Assembly (NCBI GenBank): GCA_963666285.1
Contig: OY762711.1
Origin: Sedimentisphaerales bacterium
GTDB taxonomy: Bacteria; Planctomycetota; Phycisphaerae; Sedimentisphaerales; SM23-30
Reading direction: 5' to 3' (one strand)
DNA length: 64,000 bases
In this document: positions 51,118-60,649 of the stretch, piece by piece
Numbering within the stretch: position 1 is the stretch's first letter
Layout: the number at the start of each line of letters is the position of its first letter
Notes under the pieces: generated by a model
Told to the model about the DNA's origin: nothing
The model's input: the letters and a program-made list of their open reading frames with translations, nothing else
Databases searched by the model: none
Translations under genes and position numbers: made by a program

Positions 51118-51732
51118 CTACATCCTTTGAGCCTGGCTTATAATAACTCCTGCTTCTTTCATTTCTATTACAGCCTTCTCGCAATCGCCCGGGCTTAATT
51201 CTACACCTCGGCAACCATCTAAGACAACAGTTGTCTGGTAGCCAAGAGAGACAGCATCAAGAGCAGAGAATTTTACACAATAGTCTGTTGCCAGGCCAAC
51301 AATGCAAACTTCATCTACGTCCTGAGCTTTCAGATAATCATCCAAGCCAGTTGATTTCCGGCGGGCATTGTCAAAGAAGCAGCTATAGCTGTCTATATTA
51401 GGGTCGGTACCTTTGTGAATAATTTTGTTAATCTTATCGACATCCAAACCGGCTGCAAATTCTGCTCCACCGGTTTGTTGAACGCAGTGGTCAGGCCATA
51501 GTATCTGCTGCAAGCCGTCAAGTTCTATCAGATCACCTATATTTTTACACTCATGCTGGCTGGCGAATGATTTATGCCCGACTGGATGCCAGTCCTGGCT
51601 GGCAACTACCAGATCATACTTATCCATTAAAGCATTTGCTACCGGAACAACTTTATCACCATCGGTTACTGCTAACGCACCACCGGGGATAAAATCATTT
51701 TGAATATCTATAAGTATCAATACCTTTTTCAT
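51118..51732 (-). CDS. pncA: Nicotinamidase
   Basis: DIQNDF, DWHP, WPDHC, GLATDYCV. Confidence 0.95.
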   Translation of the reverse strand: MKKVLILIDIQNDFIPGGALAVTDGDKVVPVANALMDKYDLVVASQDWHPVGHKSFASQHECKNIGDLIELDGLQQILWPDHCVQQTGGAEFAAGLDVDKINKIIHKGTDPNIDSYSCFFDNARRKSTGLDDYLKAQDVDEVCIVGLATDYCVKFSALDAVSLGYQTTVVLDGCRGVELSPGDCEKAVIEMKEAGVIISQAQRM

Positions 51733-51748
51733 TTTCGTAACTCTCTTT

Positions 51749-52438
51749 CTATATTTCAAAATTAAAACCCTGTTTAACCAGCTGGTCATATTTCTTTTTA
51801 TCGAAACTGTACAAACGGGCAGCACGATGCGATACATCAGTTTCAATCTCGTCAAGCTCTTTAAGGATGTCCATACTCAGTATCTTTTTCCTGAAATTGC
51901 GTTTATCCAGTTTACGATCCAAAACCTGCTCGTATAAATTCTGCAGCTGACGCAGGGCAAACTTGTGCGGCAGCAATTCAAAGCCGATCGGCTGATAACG
52001 AACTTTGCCGCGTAATCTTTCCAGGGCAGTAGATAATATCCGGTCGTGATCAAAGGCAAGAGCGGGTATGTCTTCCAGGGCAAACCATGCTGCCTTGCTG
52101 GCATCTGTTGCCGCCTGGACCTTATGATCGACAAGATTGACAAGAGCATAATGCGCTACTGTCACAACATGCTCTCTCGGATCGCGATCTGCCTCGCCAA
52201 AGGTATACAGCTGCTCCAAAAAGATATCCTTCACACCTGTTTCCTCCATAAGCTCACGACGAGCGGCATCTTCCGGAGATTCGCCAACATGGACAAAACC
52301 GCCTGGCAAAGCCCAGCTCCCGGCATAAGGTTCTAACGCCCTCTGGATAAGAAGTATTTTCAGTTCATCTTCATCCAGGGCGAATACCACACAGTCAACT
52401 GTCAGTGCCGGTCTTGCATATTCGTATTGAAAGCTCAT
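51749..52438 (-). CDS. nrtR: NrtR regulator (Nudix + wHTH)
   Basis: [38 protein letters not shown]. Confidence 0.92.
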   Translation of the reverse strand: MSFQYEYARPALTVDCVVFALDEDELKILLIQRALEPYAGSWALPGGFVHVGESPEDAARRELMEETGVKDIFLEQLYTFGEADRDPREHVVTVAHYALVNLVDHKVQAATDASKAAWFALEDIPALAFDHDRILSTALERLRGKVRYQPIGFELLPHKFALRQLQNLYEQVLDRKLDKRNFRKKILSMDILKELDEIETDVSHRAARLYSFDKKKYDQLVKQGFNFEI

Positions 52439-52477
52439 ATACTGTTCCTTTAATCTCTAAATTTACAAATCAAAACT

Positions 52478-52518
52478 TAGTGTCTCATTTACACTATTAT
52501 GGTGTCAAAATTACACTA
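52478..52518. promoter_or_regulatory. Tandem NrtR boxes
   Basis: TAGTGT-N7-ACACTA (52478-52496) and TGGTGT-N7-ACACTA (52500-52518); GT-N7-AC core. Confidence 0.85.
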
Positions 52519-52589
52519 TGTCAAATTAAAAAATTATCTCTATCCATAAAATTAAACTTAAACATTTTAACATCAACCACTTAAAGTAA

Positions 52590-54551
52590 TTATTTATTTT
52601 GCATTTCATTCAACTCTCGCCTATAGCCGCCAGAAAGAATGGGGAACCTACACCAGGTTTTAGGGTCCAGATTCTTATCATCCACATGAAATGAAGGTGC
52701 ATACCTTTCTCGTTTCCATTGATTGCGGCACCAGAGAGAAAAGAAACGTTCAACCCAGATTATCAGCTGATCCCGGCTATACTGGTCAAATTGCACAGCA
52801 ATAATGTCTAACACCTCCAATGGAGTCATTTTATCTCGAATTGCGGCACACTCACAGGCATCCAGCAGGCCATAAGGCATAAGATCATCTTCATCTGTTT
52901 GAGATGCATCCTGCGGACGCAATTCAGCTGTCGGAATCTGCTGATTAACACATTTCAATGATTTGACAGGCTCAATACCAAGCGGCCCATCGACCTCCAT
53001 CCATCTTAGCCACTGACGCAAAAATGCCTTGTCGATGCCCGCAATCGGGCTTAACCCGCCACAGGTATCACCATCCATGGTAGCATAACCAACCGCCGCT
53101 TCCGAACGATTGCTGGTTGACAATAACAGAGCATTTTTCAGGTTCGCCAGCATCCACACGCCGGGAGCTCTTACCCTGGCCTGTATGTTTTGCAATGCGA
53201 TATCATCAGTTTCCCAGGTAAGTGACCTGCCAAAGCTTTCTTCTACAATTTTGATATAACCTTTCACAAGATCATTAACATCAAAAACCATAAATTCAGC
53301 TCCAAGGTCTTTGGCAAGAGTCTCCGCTGAATTAAGCGTTGTTTCACTACTGTTTTCCGTTGCCTGATAAACACAGGTTAATAGTACCGATAACAAATTA
53401 TCCATATCTATATTCTTCAACCCAGATTTTGCAATAAAACCATCGACACCAAGCTCTTTAACTGCAAATTGCACCATTAGCGACACAAGCACAGCAACTG
53501 CAGAAGAATCTGCCCCGCCGCTCAGCGAGACGATAAAACCCTGAGACCTGCTTTTTCGCATATAGTCAAACAAACCCAAAGCTATAGCCCTGGAAAATTC
53601 TTCTTCTTTTTTACAATCACTATTTTCCCAATCAGATATATTTATATCTTGCTTCTCTGGCTTTTGAGTTGGGAATTCAAACGAAACATCAACTATATTA
53701 CCCACATTGCTGCAAGCTTCATAGTTACTACCGCTTTTAGCCTGGGCCATCCTGCTTTCATCAATATCCACAACTGCGGCAGTAAGATGATAATTGCCAA
53801 AAACAAATCTCGGCCCTGCTGAAATAAGTGCTCCGTTTGATGCTATCAAAGCACCACCATCATATATCGCGCGCCCGGCTTCATTGCCAACCAGGTTACT
53901 ATAAATATACGAGACGCCAAATGCCCTTGACCCTTCGAGAACAAACCGCTTTCTGACCTCATGTTTGCCAAATGCAAAATGGCTGGCACTTGGATTCATT
54001 ATTATATCTATTCCCTGTGAATATAAATTGCCGCCGGGACGCTTGGCAACCCAGGCATCTTCACATATTTCGAAGCCTAGTTTCACCCCGTTTACATTAA
54101 AGATAATATCGCCGATAGGGTAATCTTTACCATCGTAGCTAACAGTTTCAATATCACCTTCCGGCCATGGTCTGAACCACCTGGGTTCATAATGCAGGCC
54201 TTCACGAGCGAGGAATCGCTTGGCTACAAAACCCCTTATTTCACCATCAACAACAAGACATATTGTATTAAACAGGCTATTGCGATGCAAAACAGGCAGG
54301 CCCAGAGTTACAATGATACCTTTTGTTTCAGGAAGTATCTCTGCTAAAACCTGGCGAGCCATCCTTCTTAAACCGGCTGAATAAAAGGCATCCTCGCAGC
54401 CATAACCACTAATTGCAAGCTCCGGCAAACATAAAACACTAACACCACAATCTCGAGCTTCTTTGATTGCAGCAATAATATTTGCCTTATTATTATCCCA
54501 ATCTAAAGGTGTCTGGTTTATTATAGCAGCACCACATTTTATCAATTTCAT
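52590..54551 (-). CDS. nadE: Glutamine-dependent NAD+ synthetase
   Basis: Nitrilase domain (PEL, EICED), SLSGGADS, QNIQAR, NQWKR. Confidence 0.95.
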   Translation of the reverse strand: MKLIKCGAAIINQTPLDWDNNKANIIAAIKEARDCGVSVLCLPELAISGYGCEDAFYSAGLRRMARQVLAEILPETKGIIVTLGLPVLHRNSLFNTICLVVDGEIRGFVAKRFLAREGLHYEPRWFRPWPEGDIETVSYDGKDYPIGDIIFNVNGVKLGFEICEDAWVAKRPGGNLYSQGIDIIMNPSASHFAFGKHEVRKRFVLEGSRAFGVSYIYSNLVGNEAGRAIYDGGALIASNGALISAGPRFVFGNYHLTAAVVDIDESRMAQAKSGSNYEACSNVGNIVDVSFEFPTQKPEKQDINISDWENSDCKKEEEFSRAIALGLFDYMRKSRSQGFIVSLSGGADSSAVAVLVSLMVQFAVKELGVDGFIAKSGLKNIDMDNLLSVLLTCVYQATENSSETTLNSAETLAKDLGAEFMVFDVNDLVKGYIKIVEESFGRSLTWETDDIALQNIQARVRAPGVWMLANLKNALLLSTSNRSEAAVGYATMDGDTCGGLSPIAGIDKAFLRQWLRWMEVDGPLGIEPVKSLKCVNQQIPTAELRPQDASQTDEDDLMPYGLLDACECAAIRDKMTPLEVLDIIAVQFDQYSRDQLIIWVERFFSLWCRNQWKRERYAPSFHVDDKNLDPKTWCRFPILSGGYRRELNEMQNK

Positions 54552-54580
54552 AATACACCTGCTAATATACAAACTTATAT

Positions 54581-56047
54581 TTATTCGTTTCTGGCTTTTT
54601 GAATAAGATCTGTCTTAAATGCATGAAGCTGCTTCTCTAAACCCGCCGGATATTCATGAGGGTTAACAAACCTTTTTATACCGGCATGCAGGCAAGTCAA
54701 CTGCTGCAAACATCTTTCACGGGCTTCATTTGCCTCTAAAGGCGTATAAATACATTTACCACTTCGGAAAATCGGCTTGAGCATATCTTCAAACCGTGTA
54801 TTGGCTGGTATGGTTTTATGCCTTGTATGGTCTTTATTATCCACAATTACAGCCGGCACAGATATACCCATCTGCTCATCAAATATCGCATCTGCAATAA
54901 AACCATTTTCATTACAAAAGCGTCTGACCTGCTGGATACCGGGCACACTAACCTTAATAGCCTGTTCAGACAGTTTAACCTTGTATTGCCAATCTTCACC
55001 TGGTTTCCTTATGGCCGCTAATTTATACACCCCGCCCAAAGCAGGTTGGTCGTATGCAGTTGCCAGCTTGGTACCAACACCCCAAACAGCTATTTTTGCC
55101 CCCTGGTCTTTCAGGTCCTTGATAATATTTTCATCCAGGTCATTACTGGCAACAATGGCGGCACATTCAAAACCGGCGGCATCCAGAAGTTTACGAGCTT
55201 CTATACTCAGATATGCCAGGTCACCTGAATCCAGGCGAATACCAACCATTTCATGACCTTGCTCTCGCAGCTGTTTGCCAACATTAATAGCCTTCCTAAC
55301 ACCTTCGATTGTATCATAAGTATCAACCAGGAAAACGCAATTATTCGGCATGGCCTGGCTATACGCTTCAAAAGACTGCTGTTCATCATCAAAAGACATC
55401 ACCCAGCTATGGGCATGTGTGCCTTTAACAGGAATACCAAACAGCTTTCCGGCAAGCACATTTGAGGTTGCAGCACTACCGCCAATATATGCCGCTCTAC
55501 TGGCAGCTAAAGCACCATCTATGCCCTGGGCACGCCTTAAGCCAAACTCCAGAACAGGCTCGCCTTTGGCTGAATGACATATACGTGAAGATTTAGTCGC
55601 GATCAATGTCTGGAAATTTACCATATTCAGAAGCGTGGTTTCAATTAGCTGGCATTGCAATAGAGGGCCTTTAACCCGAATAAGCGGCTGATTTGGAAAC
55701 ACAACCGTACCTTCTTCTACGGCATCAATATCCAGGCAGAACTCCAGATTAGCCAGATACTGCATAAAACCTTCATTAAACAATGGGTTACCATCATTAC
55801 CACAAAGCGTTGCCAGGTAGTCAATGTCATCCTGATCAAAACTCAGGTTTTCGATAAAATCAACCACATATGCCAGGCCTGCGGCAACAGTATAACCACC
55901 GCCAAAAGGATGCTTTCGGAAAAAAAGATTAAATACCGCCTCATCATCTGCCCTGTCGAGCTTCCAATAGCCATATGCCATGGTCAACTGATACAAATCA
56001 GTCAATAAAGATAAAGAACACTTATAAATACTTGTCGGCTTTGCCAT
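54581..56047 (-). CDS. pncB: Nicotinate phosphoribosyltransferase
   Basis: LLTDLYQLTM, EFGLRRAQ, GTHAHS, RLDSGDL. Confidence 0.95.
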   Translation of the reverse strand: MAKPTSIYKCSLSLLTDLYQLTMAYGYWKLDRADDEAVFNLFFRKHPFGGGYTVAAGLAYVVDFIENLSFDQDDIDYLATLCGNDGNPLFNEGFMQYLANLEFCLDIDAVEEGTVVFPNQPLIRVKGPLLQCQLIETTLLNMVNFQTLIATKSSRICHSAKGEPVLEFGLRRAQGIDGALAASRAAYIGGSAATSNVLAGKLFGIPVKGTHAHSWVMSFDDEQQSFEAYSQAMPNNCVFLVDTYDTIEGVRKAINVGKQLREQGHEMVGIRLDSGDLAYLSIEARKLLDAAGFECAAIVASNDLDENIIKDLKDQGAKIAVWGVGTKLATAYDQPALGGVYKLAAIRKPGEDWQYKVKLSEQAIKVSVPGIQQVRRFCNENGFIADAIFDEQMGISVPAVIVDNKDHTRHKTIPANTRFEDMLKPIFRSGKCIYTPLEANEARERCLQQLTCLHAGIKRFVNPHEYPAGLEKQLHAFKTDLIQKARNE

Positions 56048-56086
56048 TTTCCATCTCCTGAACAAAAATATTTAACGCTTACTTGT

Positions 56087-56105
56087 TAGTGTTAAATATA
56101 CACTA
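56087..56105. promoter_or_regulatory. NrtR box upstream of pncB-nadE
   Basis: TAGTGT-TAAATAT-ACACTA, same half-sites as the boxes upstream of nrtR. Confidence 0.85.
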
Positions 56106-56153
56106 TGCTTTATAGCGATGCAAATGCAAAATAAAAAATATTTAGAAAAAAAA

Positions 56154-57302
56154 CTACTGTTTCCTGGTAGTATGCAGATCAGCTTCGGCGGCCCACTGAT
56201 TAATATCCTGCTTGTTGATTGCGGCAGCCATAAGGTCAGGAAACAATTCCGGGGTACAGGCAAATGACGGGATGCCCATCGAGCTGAGTTTAGCAGCAAT
56301 ATTATGGTCGAAACATGGCGAGCCTTCATCACTCAAAGCAAGAAGAGTTATAAATTGCACGCCGGAAGTTACCAATGTAGCAGCTCGTTTTAGAAGTCCA
56401 TCTTCTACTCCACCTTCATACAAATCGCTGATAAGTATAAATATTGTTTCAGATGGATTTGTTATCAATCCCTGACAGTATGCAACTGCCCTGTTTATAT
56501 CAGTACCACCCCCTAATTGAGTCGAGAAAAGCAGTTCAACCGGGTCATCAAGCTGGTCAGAAAGATCGACAACTGATGTATCAAACACAACAAGCTTTGT
56601 CTGTACTGCAGGAAGAGAAGCCATAACTGCGCCAAATATGCCAGAATATACAATTGAAGTTGCCATTGAACCGCTCTGGTCGATACAGAGTATAACCTGA
56701 CGTAATGCAGATTGTTTTCTGCCGTACCCTACTCTTCTAACCGGTATTACCGTTTTATATTCCGGCTGATAGTGCTTGAGATTAAGTTTTATGGTCCGAT
56801 CCCAATCTATTTCTTTATGCTTAGGCCGATTATTTCTGGTCGCCTTATTTAATGCTCCCATAATGGCCTGCCTCATAGGGTTAGTCAGTTTATTCTGCAA
56901 TTCTTCAACTACTTTTCTGACTACCAGGCGAGCCGTTTCTTTTGTCTTTGCCGGAATAATGCCGCGCATCGCAAGCAGATTCGCAACAAGATGAACATCT
57001 GGCTCAACTGCTTCAAGCATTTCAGGCTCGGTTAGCATACGAGACATATCCAGCCTGTCAAAGGCATCACGCTGCATAACCTGAACAACTGATTTTGGGA
57101 AATATTCCCGGATATCGCCAAGCCACCTGGGAACGGATGGACAGGAACTGCCCAGGCCTCCCCTTCTATCTGAATCATACAAAGCATGCAGGGCATTATC
57201 TATCCTGATATCAGATTGCGAAAGTTCATTATTTATGCCGTCAGCCTGATCAGCCCCAAGTATTAAACGCCATCGCCTGAGTTTTTCTTCCCGGTCAATC
57301 AT
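56154..57302 (-). CDS. vWA (CoxE/YehP-like) protein
   Basis: RRWRLILG, DQSGSM MIDAS, GGGTDI, ISDLYEGG. Confidence 0.88.
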   Translation of the reverse strand: MIDREEKLRRWRLILGADQADGINNELSQSDIRIDNALHALYDSDRRGGLGSSCPSVPRWLGDIREYFPKSVVQVMQRDAFDRLDMSRMLTEPEMLEAVEPDVHLVANLLAMRGIIPAKTKETARLVVRKVVEELQNKLTNPMRQAIMGALNKATRNNRPKHKEIDWDRTIKLNLKHYQPEYKTVIPVRRVGYGRKQSALRQVILCIDQSGSMATSIVYSGIFGAVMASLPAVQTKLVVFDTSVVDLSDQLDDPVELLFSTQLGGGTDINRAVAYCQGLITNPSETIFILISDLYEGGVEDGLLKRAATLVTSGVQFITLLALSDEGSPCFDHNIAAKLSSMGIPSFACTPELFPDLMAAAINKQDINQWAAEADLHTTRKQ

Positions 57303-59538
57303 CGATCACAATTTCCTCCTGTAGAATTTTACTCAACAGCGGCAACACTTTTTTCGCACGTTCGATATCAAATGCCTGACCTGCTGACTTTTGGGCTGCT
57401 GCTGCAGAAGTGGAACTCTTTGCCTGTTGACCGATCTGTCTTCGCTCGGGCAGTGCAAAAGTTGAAAACGTTCGCTTTAGAAGCGGTAATATCTCGATAA
57501 AATGGTCAGATTTCAGGTCACATACCCACCTGTCAATTAAAGACCACAAGCTGCGGTCATGTATTAAAACCAGGCCGCTCCCCCTGAGAAAACCTTCCAG
57601 CCAGGCCGCCGCATTTACAGAATCGTTTGCAGCAGAAAGGGACAAATTCATTTTTGTTGCAGTTTCATCCGAAGAGATACTACCCCCGTCATAGAGCAGC
57701 CTGCAAGCCCTGCCATTAATTAGATTATGACCATTATTAAGATTAGTGAGTTGTTTTAAAACCAGCTCCCATCCATTAGCCAACTCGTCATCCTGCAAAA
57801 GCGATATAGCTGTGTGAGTTGAGTTGATCAATTCAAAAAAGTGTTCAGCCGCCTCATCATTGATATTACAGCAGGCACCGGGTAAATTTATCATAACACG
57901 AGAGGCAAGACCACGGACAACTTTAACCAGCATACCTTTATCTGTCTGACGAACGTTGCCATATCTCATTACCCGGGCCAGAGGGACAAGAGCTTCCATC
58001 ATCTGCTCGACATCACCACTTACAGCTGTTCGTTCCTGGATAGCAGCAATAAGAGCATTTGCAGCCTCCGGAAGATCTGCCAGTAACGCACTATCAAGAA
58101 GCATGGCGATCTCTTTTATATTTTGCATACTTTCCACGGCATTTATACATTTAGCAGATGCCGCTTTTTCAATGGTATTGCCCCAGCGTGAAGCCTGGAT
58201 AATATTAATAACAAATTCAGGCTTCCATTGAAGTTCCCAGAACTCGTGAAAAGTACCTGCTTTTTTACCATGACTATGAGATAAAGTTCCCCAAGGTATA
58301 TCAAGCAAAAGCAATCTATGCAATAAACGACTTCGCTCTAGATCATTAGGCTTCCTGAGATCAAAATCATATTCCTTACTGTCTTCTTTCACCGGAAGAC
58401 GCAGTTTCTTTTGCAGTTTAGCCAGGTCCTGCTGGATAGGTACAACAGGGGCATCCTGTGGAATCTGGCCCATCCTGCTGCCGACAATCATCTGCTTTCG
58501 AATCAACTTCATCGGAGCTTCTTCACCAAAGCACATTACGGTAAGAGCCGCTTCGTCCATCTCTTCAAGGCCGGGATGAGGATAACCGCGTATGGCAGCG
58601 AGGGTATCAGCCAAACGAACAGCTTCAATAGCATGAGCAGAAGAAACATCCAGCTGGTGCTCTCTCATCAACCTGGCAGCACGAGTCATCCAGCTGGTTA
58701 CAAGATTATTTTCACCTTCCCAAAGCATATGATACCATTCTGGCGAACGAACTCCGGCACCATAACCGGTCAAATATGAAATGCGACTATATGACCATGG
58801 TGCCCAGGCTGATTGAGTTTTTACTTTTGGCAGGCCTTTCAATAATTCATTATCGCTTTTCACTGGCGGCATGTTCAAAAATGCCGGACTATGCCAGGCA
58901 CCGCAAACGATTGCAATATTTTCAAAACCTTCCTTCTGGGCAGCCCTAAGAGTCTTTCTCATATATGCTTCACGTCTCTGCTCTAACATAGTATATCGAT
59001 CGGCACAATCAAGACATTCTCTCAATGTTGACATGCCTTCCAGAACAGCCTGAAAGATTTCAGAATCATTCTGACTGCGTGCCTCAACCATATTCTCCCA
59101 CCATCGTTCGCTATCGACATACCCGGCGGCTGTTGCTAAATAGCTGATAGGGTCAATTCGGATTTCACGCTCACCGTCTTCCTCCTGGACAATTTCAGGA
59201 GTTTCCTGTTCAATCGCCAGGACATGAAACTGCGGTAAATCCATGAATCGAACTGGAATATTATTTCGCAGGCCATACTGAATAGCCTGCCACTCCGGTG
59301 AAAAAACAGTAAAAGGATAAAATGCCGATTTCTGAGGATCATCCGGCGAATAGACGAGAAGCGCAACCGGCGGTTTCATTTCAACATTGCCGGCAAGCCC
59401 AATTTCACCTTGAGCATCTGCCGGACCTTCTACCAGGACAATATCAGGCTTGCACTCTTCCAGCGACTTGACAAGACTTTTTGCTGAACCGGGGCCGTGA
59501 TGACGGATACCGAAAATATGTAAATTGCTATCAGACAA
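57295..59538 (-). CDS. DUF5682 / YehM-like protein
   Basis: GIRHHGPGSA, FSPEWQA, REAYM, CGAWH, GYGAG; start placed at the TTG just past the AAA gene stop. Confidence 0.8.
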   Translation of the reverse strand: MSDSNLHIFGIRHHGPGSAKSLVKSLEECKPDIVLVEGPADAQGEIGLAGNVEMKPPVALLVYSPDDPQKSAFYPFTVFSPEWQAIQYGLRNNIPVRFMDLPQFHVLAIEQETPEIVQEEDGEREIRIDPISYLATAAGYVDSERWWENMVEARSQNDSEIFQAVLEGMSTLRECLDCADRYTMLEQRREAYMRKTLRAAQKEGFENIAIVCGAWHSPAFLNMPPVKSDNELLKGLPKVKTQSAWAPWSYSRISYLTGYGAGVRSPEWYHMLWEGENNLVTSWMTRAARLMREHQLDVSSAHAIEAVRLADTLAAIRGYPHPGLEEMDEAALTVMCFGEEAPMKLIRKQMIVGSRMGQIPQDAPVVPIQQDLAKLQKKLRLPVKEDSKEYDFDLRKPNDLERSRLLHRLLLLDIPWGTLSHSHGKKAGTFHEFWELQWKPEFVINIIQASRWGNTIEKAASAKCINAVESMQNIKEIAMLLDSALLADLPEAANALIAAIQERTAVSGDVEQMMEALVPLARVMRYGNVRQTDKGMLVKVVRGLASRVMINLPGACCNINDEAAEHFFELINSTHTAISLLQDDELANGWELVLKQLTNLNNGHNLINGRACRLLYDGGSISSDETATKMNLSLSAANDSVNAAAWLEGFLRGSGLVLIHDRSLWSLIDRWVCDLKSDHFIEILPLLKRTFSTFALPERRQIGQQAKSSTSAAAAQKSAGQAFDIERAKKVLPLLSKILQEEIVIDD

Positions 59539-59539
59539 A

Positions 59540-60649
59540 TTACAGAATCTCCCTGCATGATCGATATATATCTTTCCAGCCATCCCGTTCTTTGACTACA
59601 GTTTCCAGGTATTCCTGCCAGACAACCGTATCCTGAACCGGGTCTTTTACAACTGCGCCGGTTATGCCGGAAGCTATATCAGCTGCCCGCAGCGTACCAT
59701 CACCAAAATGACAGGCCAGAGATAAGCCGCTAGTCATTACACTAATGGCCTCAGCGGTTGAAAGTGTACTGGTTGGAGATTTCAATTTGGTCTTGCCGTC
59801 CGTGGTCTTCCCTTCACGCAATTCCCTGAAAATTGTAACAACGCGGCGAATCTCTTCCAGGGCAGGTTTTTCCTGCGGCAGCTCGAGAGCTCTACCTATA
59901 GAATCAACTCGTTTTTGCACTATTTCAACTTCTTCATCTGCAGTAGCAGGTACCGGAAGTATTACAGTATTGAAACGACGCTTCAACGCACTTGACAATT
60001 CATTAACGCCTCGATCGCGATTATTGGCAGTTGCGATAACATTAAAACCCTGTACAGCCTGGATTTCCTCGCTGAGCTCTGGCACAGGCAATGTCTTTTC
60101 TGATAAAATTGTAATCAGCGTATCCTGGACATCAGATGGGATACGAGTTAATTCTTCCACTCGCACCATCTTTCCCGTCTGCATGGCATTCATAACCGGG
60201 CTGTGAACAAGAGCTTCGCTTGATGGACCTTTTGCAAGCAGCAAGGCATAATTCCAGCCGTAACGAATAGCTTCCTCGGGAGTTCCGGCTGTCCCCTGCA
60301 CCAGCAAAGTTGAATCGCCGCTGATTGCCGCAGATAAATGTTCGCTTACCCATGTCTTAGCTGTGCCAGGTACGCCAAGCAATAGTAAAGCTCTATCTGT
60401 GGCCAGAGTGGCAATAGCAATCTCCATCAGGCGGCGGTTGCCTATATATTTTGCACTTATCTCAAAACCATTATCTAGTGTACCACCCAGCAAATACGTT
60501 AAAACAGCCGATGGTGACATGTTCCAGTTTGACGGCCGCTGGGCTTTATCCTGTTTTATTAGATTCTCAATTTCTTCTGCAAACTGCTGTTCGGCATGCT
60601 GACGCAATACCTTTTTTGGTTCATTAGATTCCACTGTGAAGCTCCTCAA
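59540..60649 (-). CDS. MoxR-like AAA+ ATPase (YehL-like)
   Basis: GVPGTAKT, VEELTR, TANNRDRG, SALKRRF. Confidence 0.9.
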   Translation of the reverse strand: MRSFTVESNEPKKVLRQHAEQQFAEEIENLIKQDKAQRPSNWNMSPSAVLTYLLGGTLDNGFEISAKYIGNRRLMEIAIATLATDRALLLLGVPGTAKTWVSEHLSAAISGDSTLLVQGTAGTPEEAIRYGWNYALLLAKGPSSEALVHSPVMNAMQTGKMVRVEELTRIPSDVQDTLITILSEKTLPVPELSEEIQAVQGFNVIATANNRDRGVNELSSALKRRFNTVILPVPATADEEVEIVQKRVDSIGRALELPQEKPALEEIRRVVTIFRELREGKTTDGKTKLKSPTSTLSTAEAISVMTSGLSLACHFGDGTLRAADIASGITGAVVKDPVQDTVVWQEYLETVVKERDGWKDIYRSCREIL

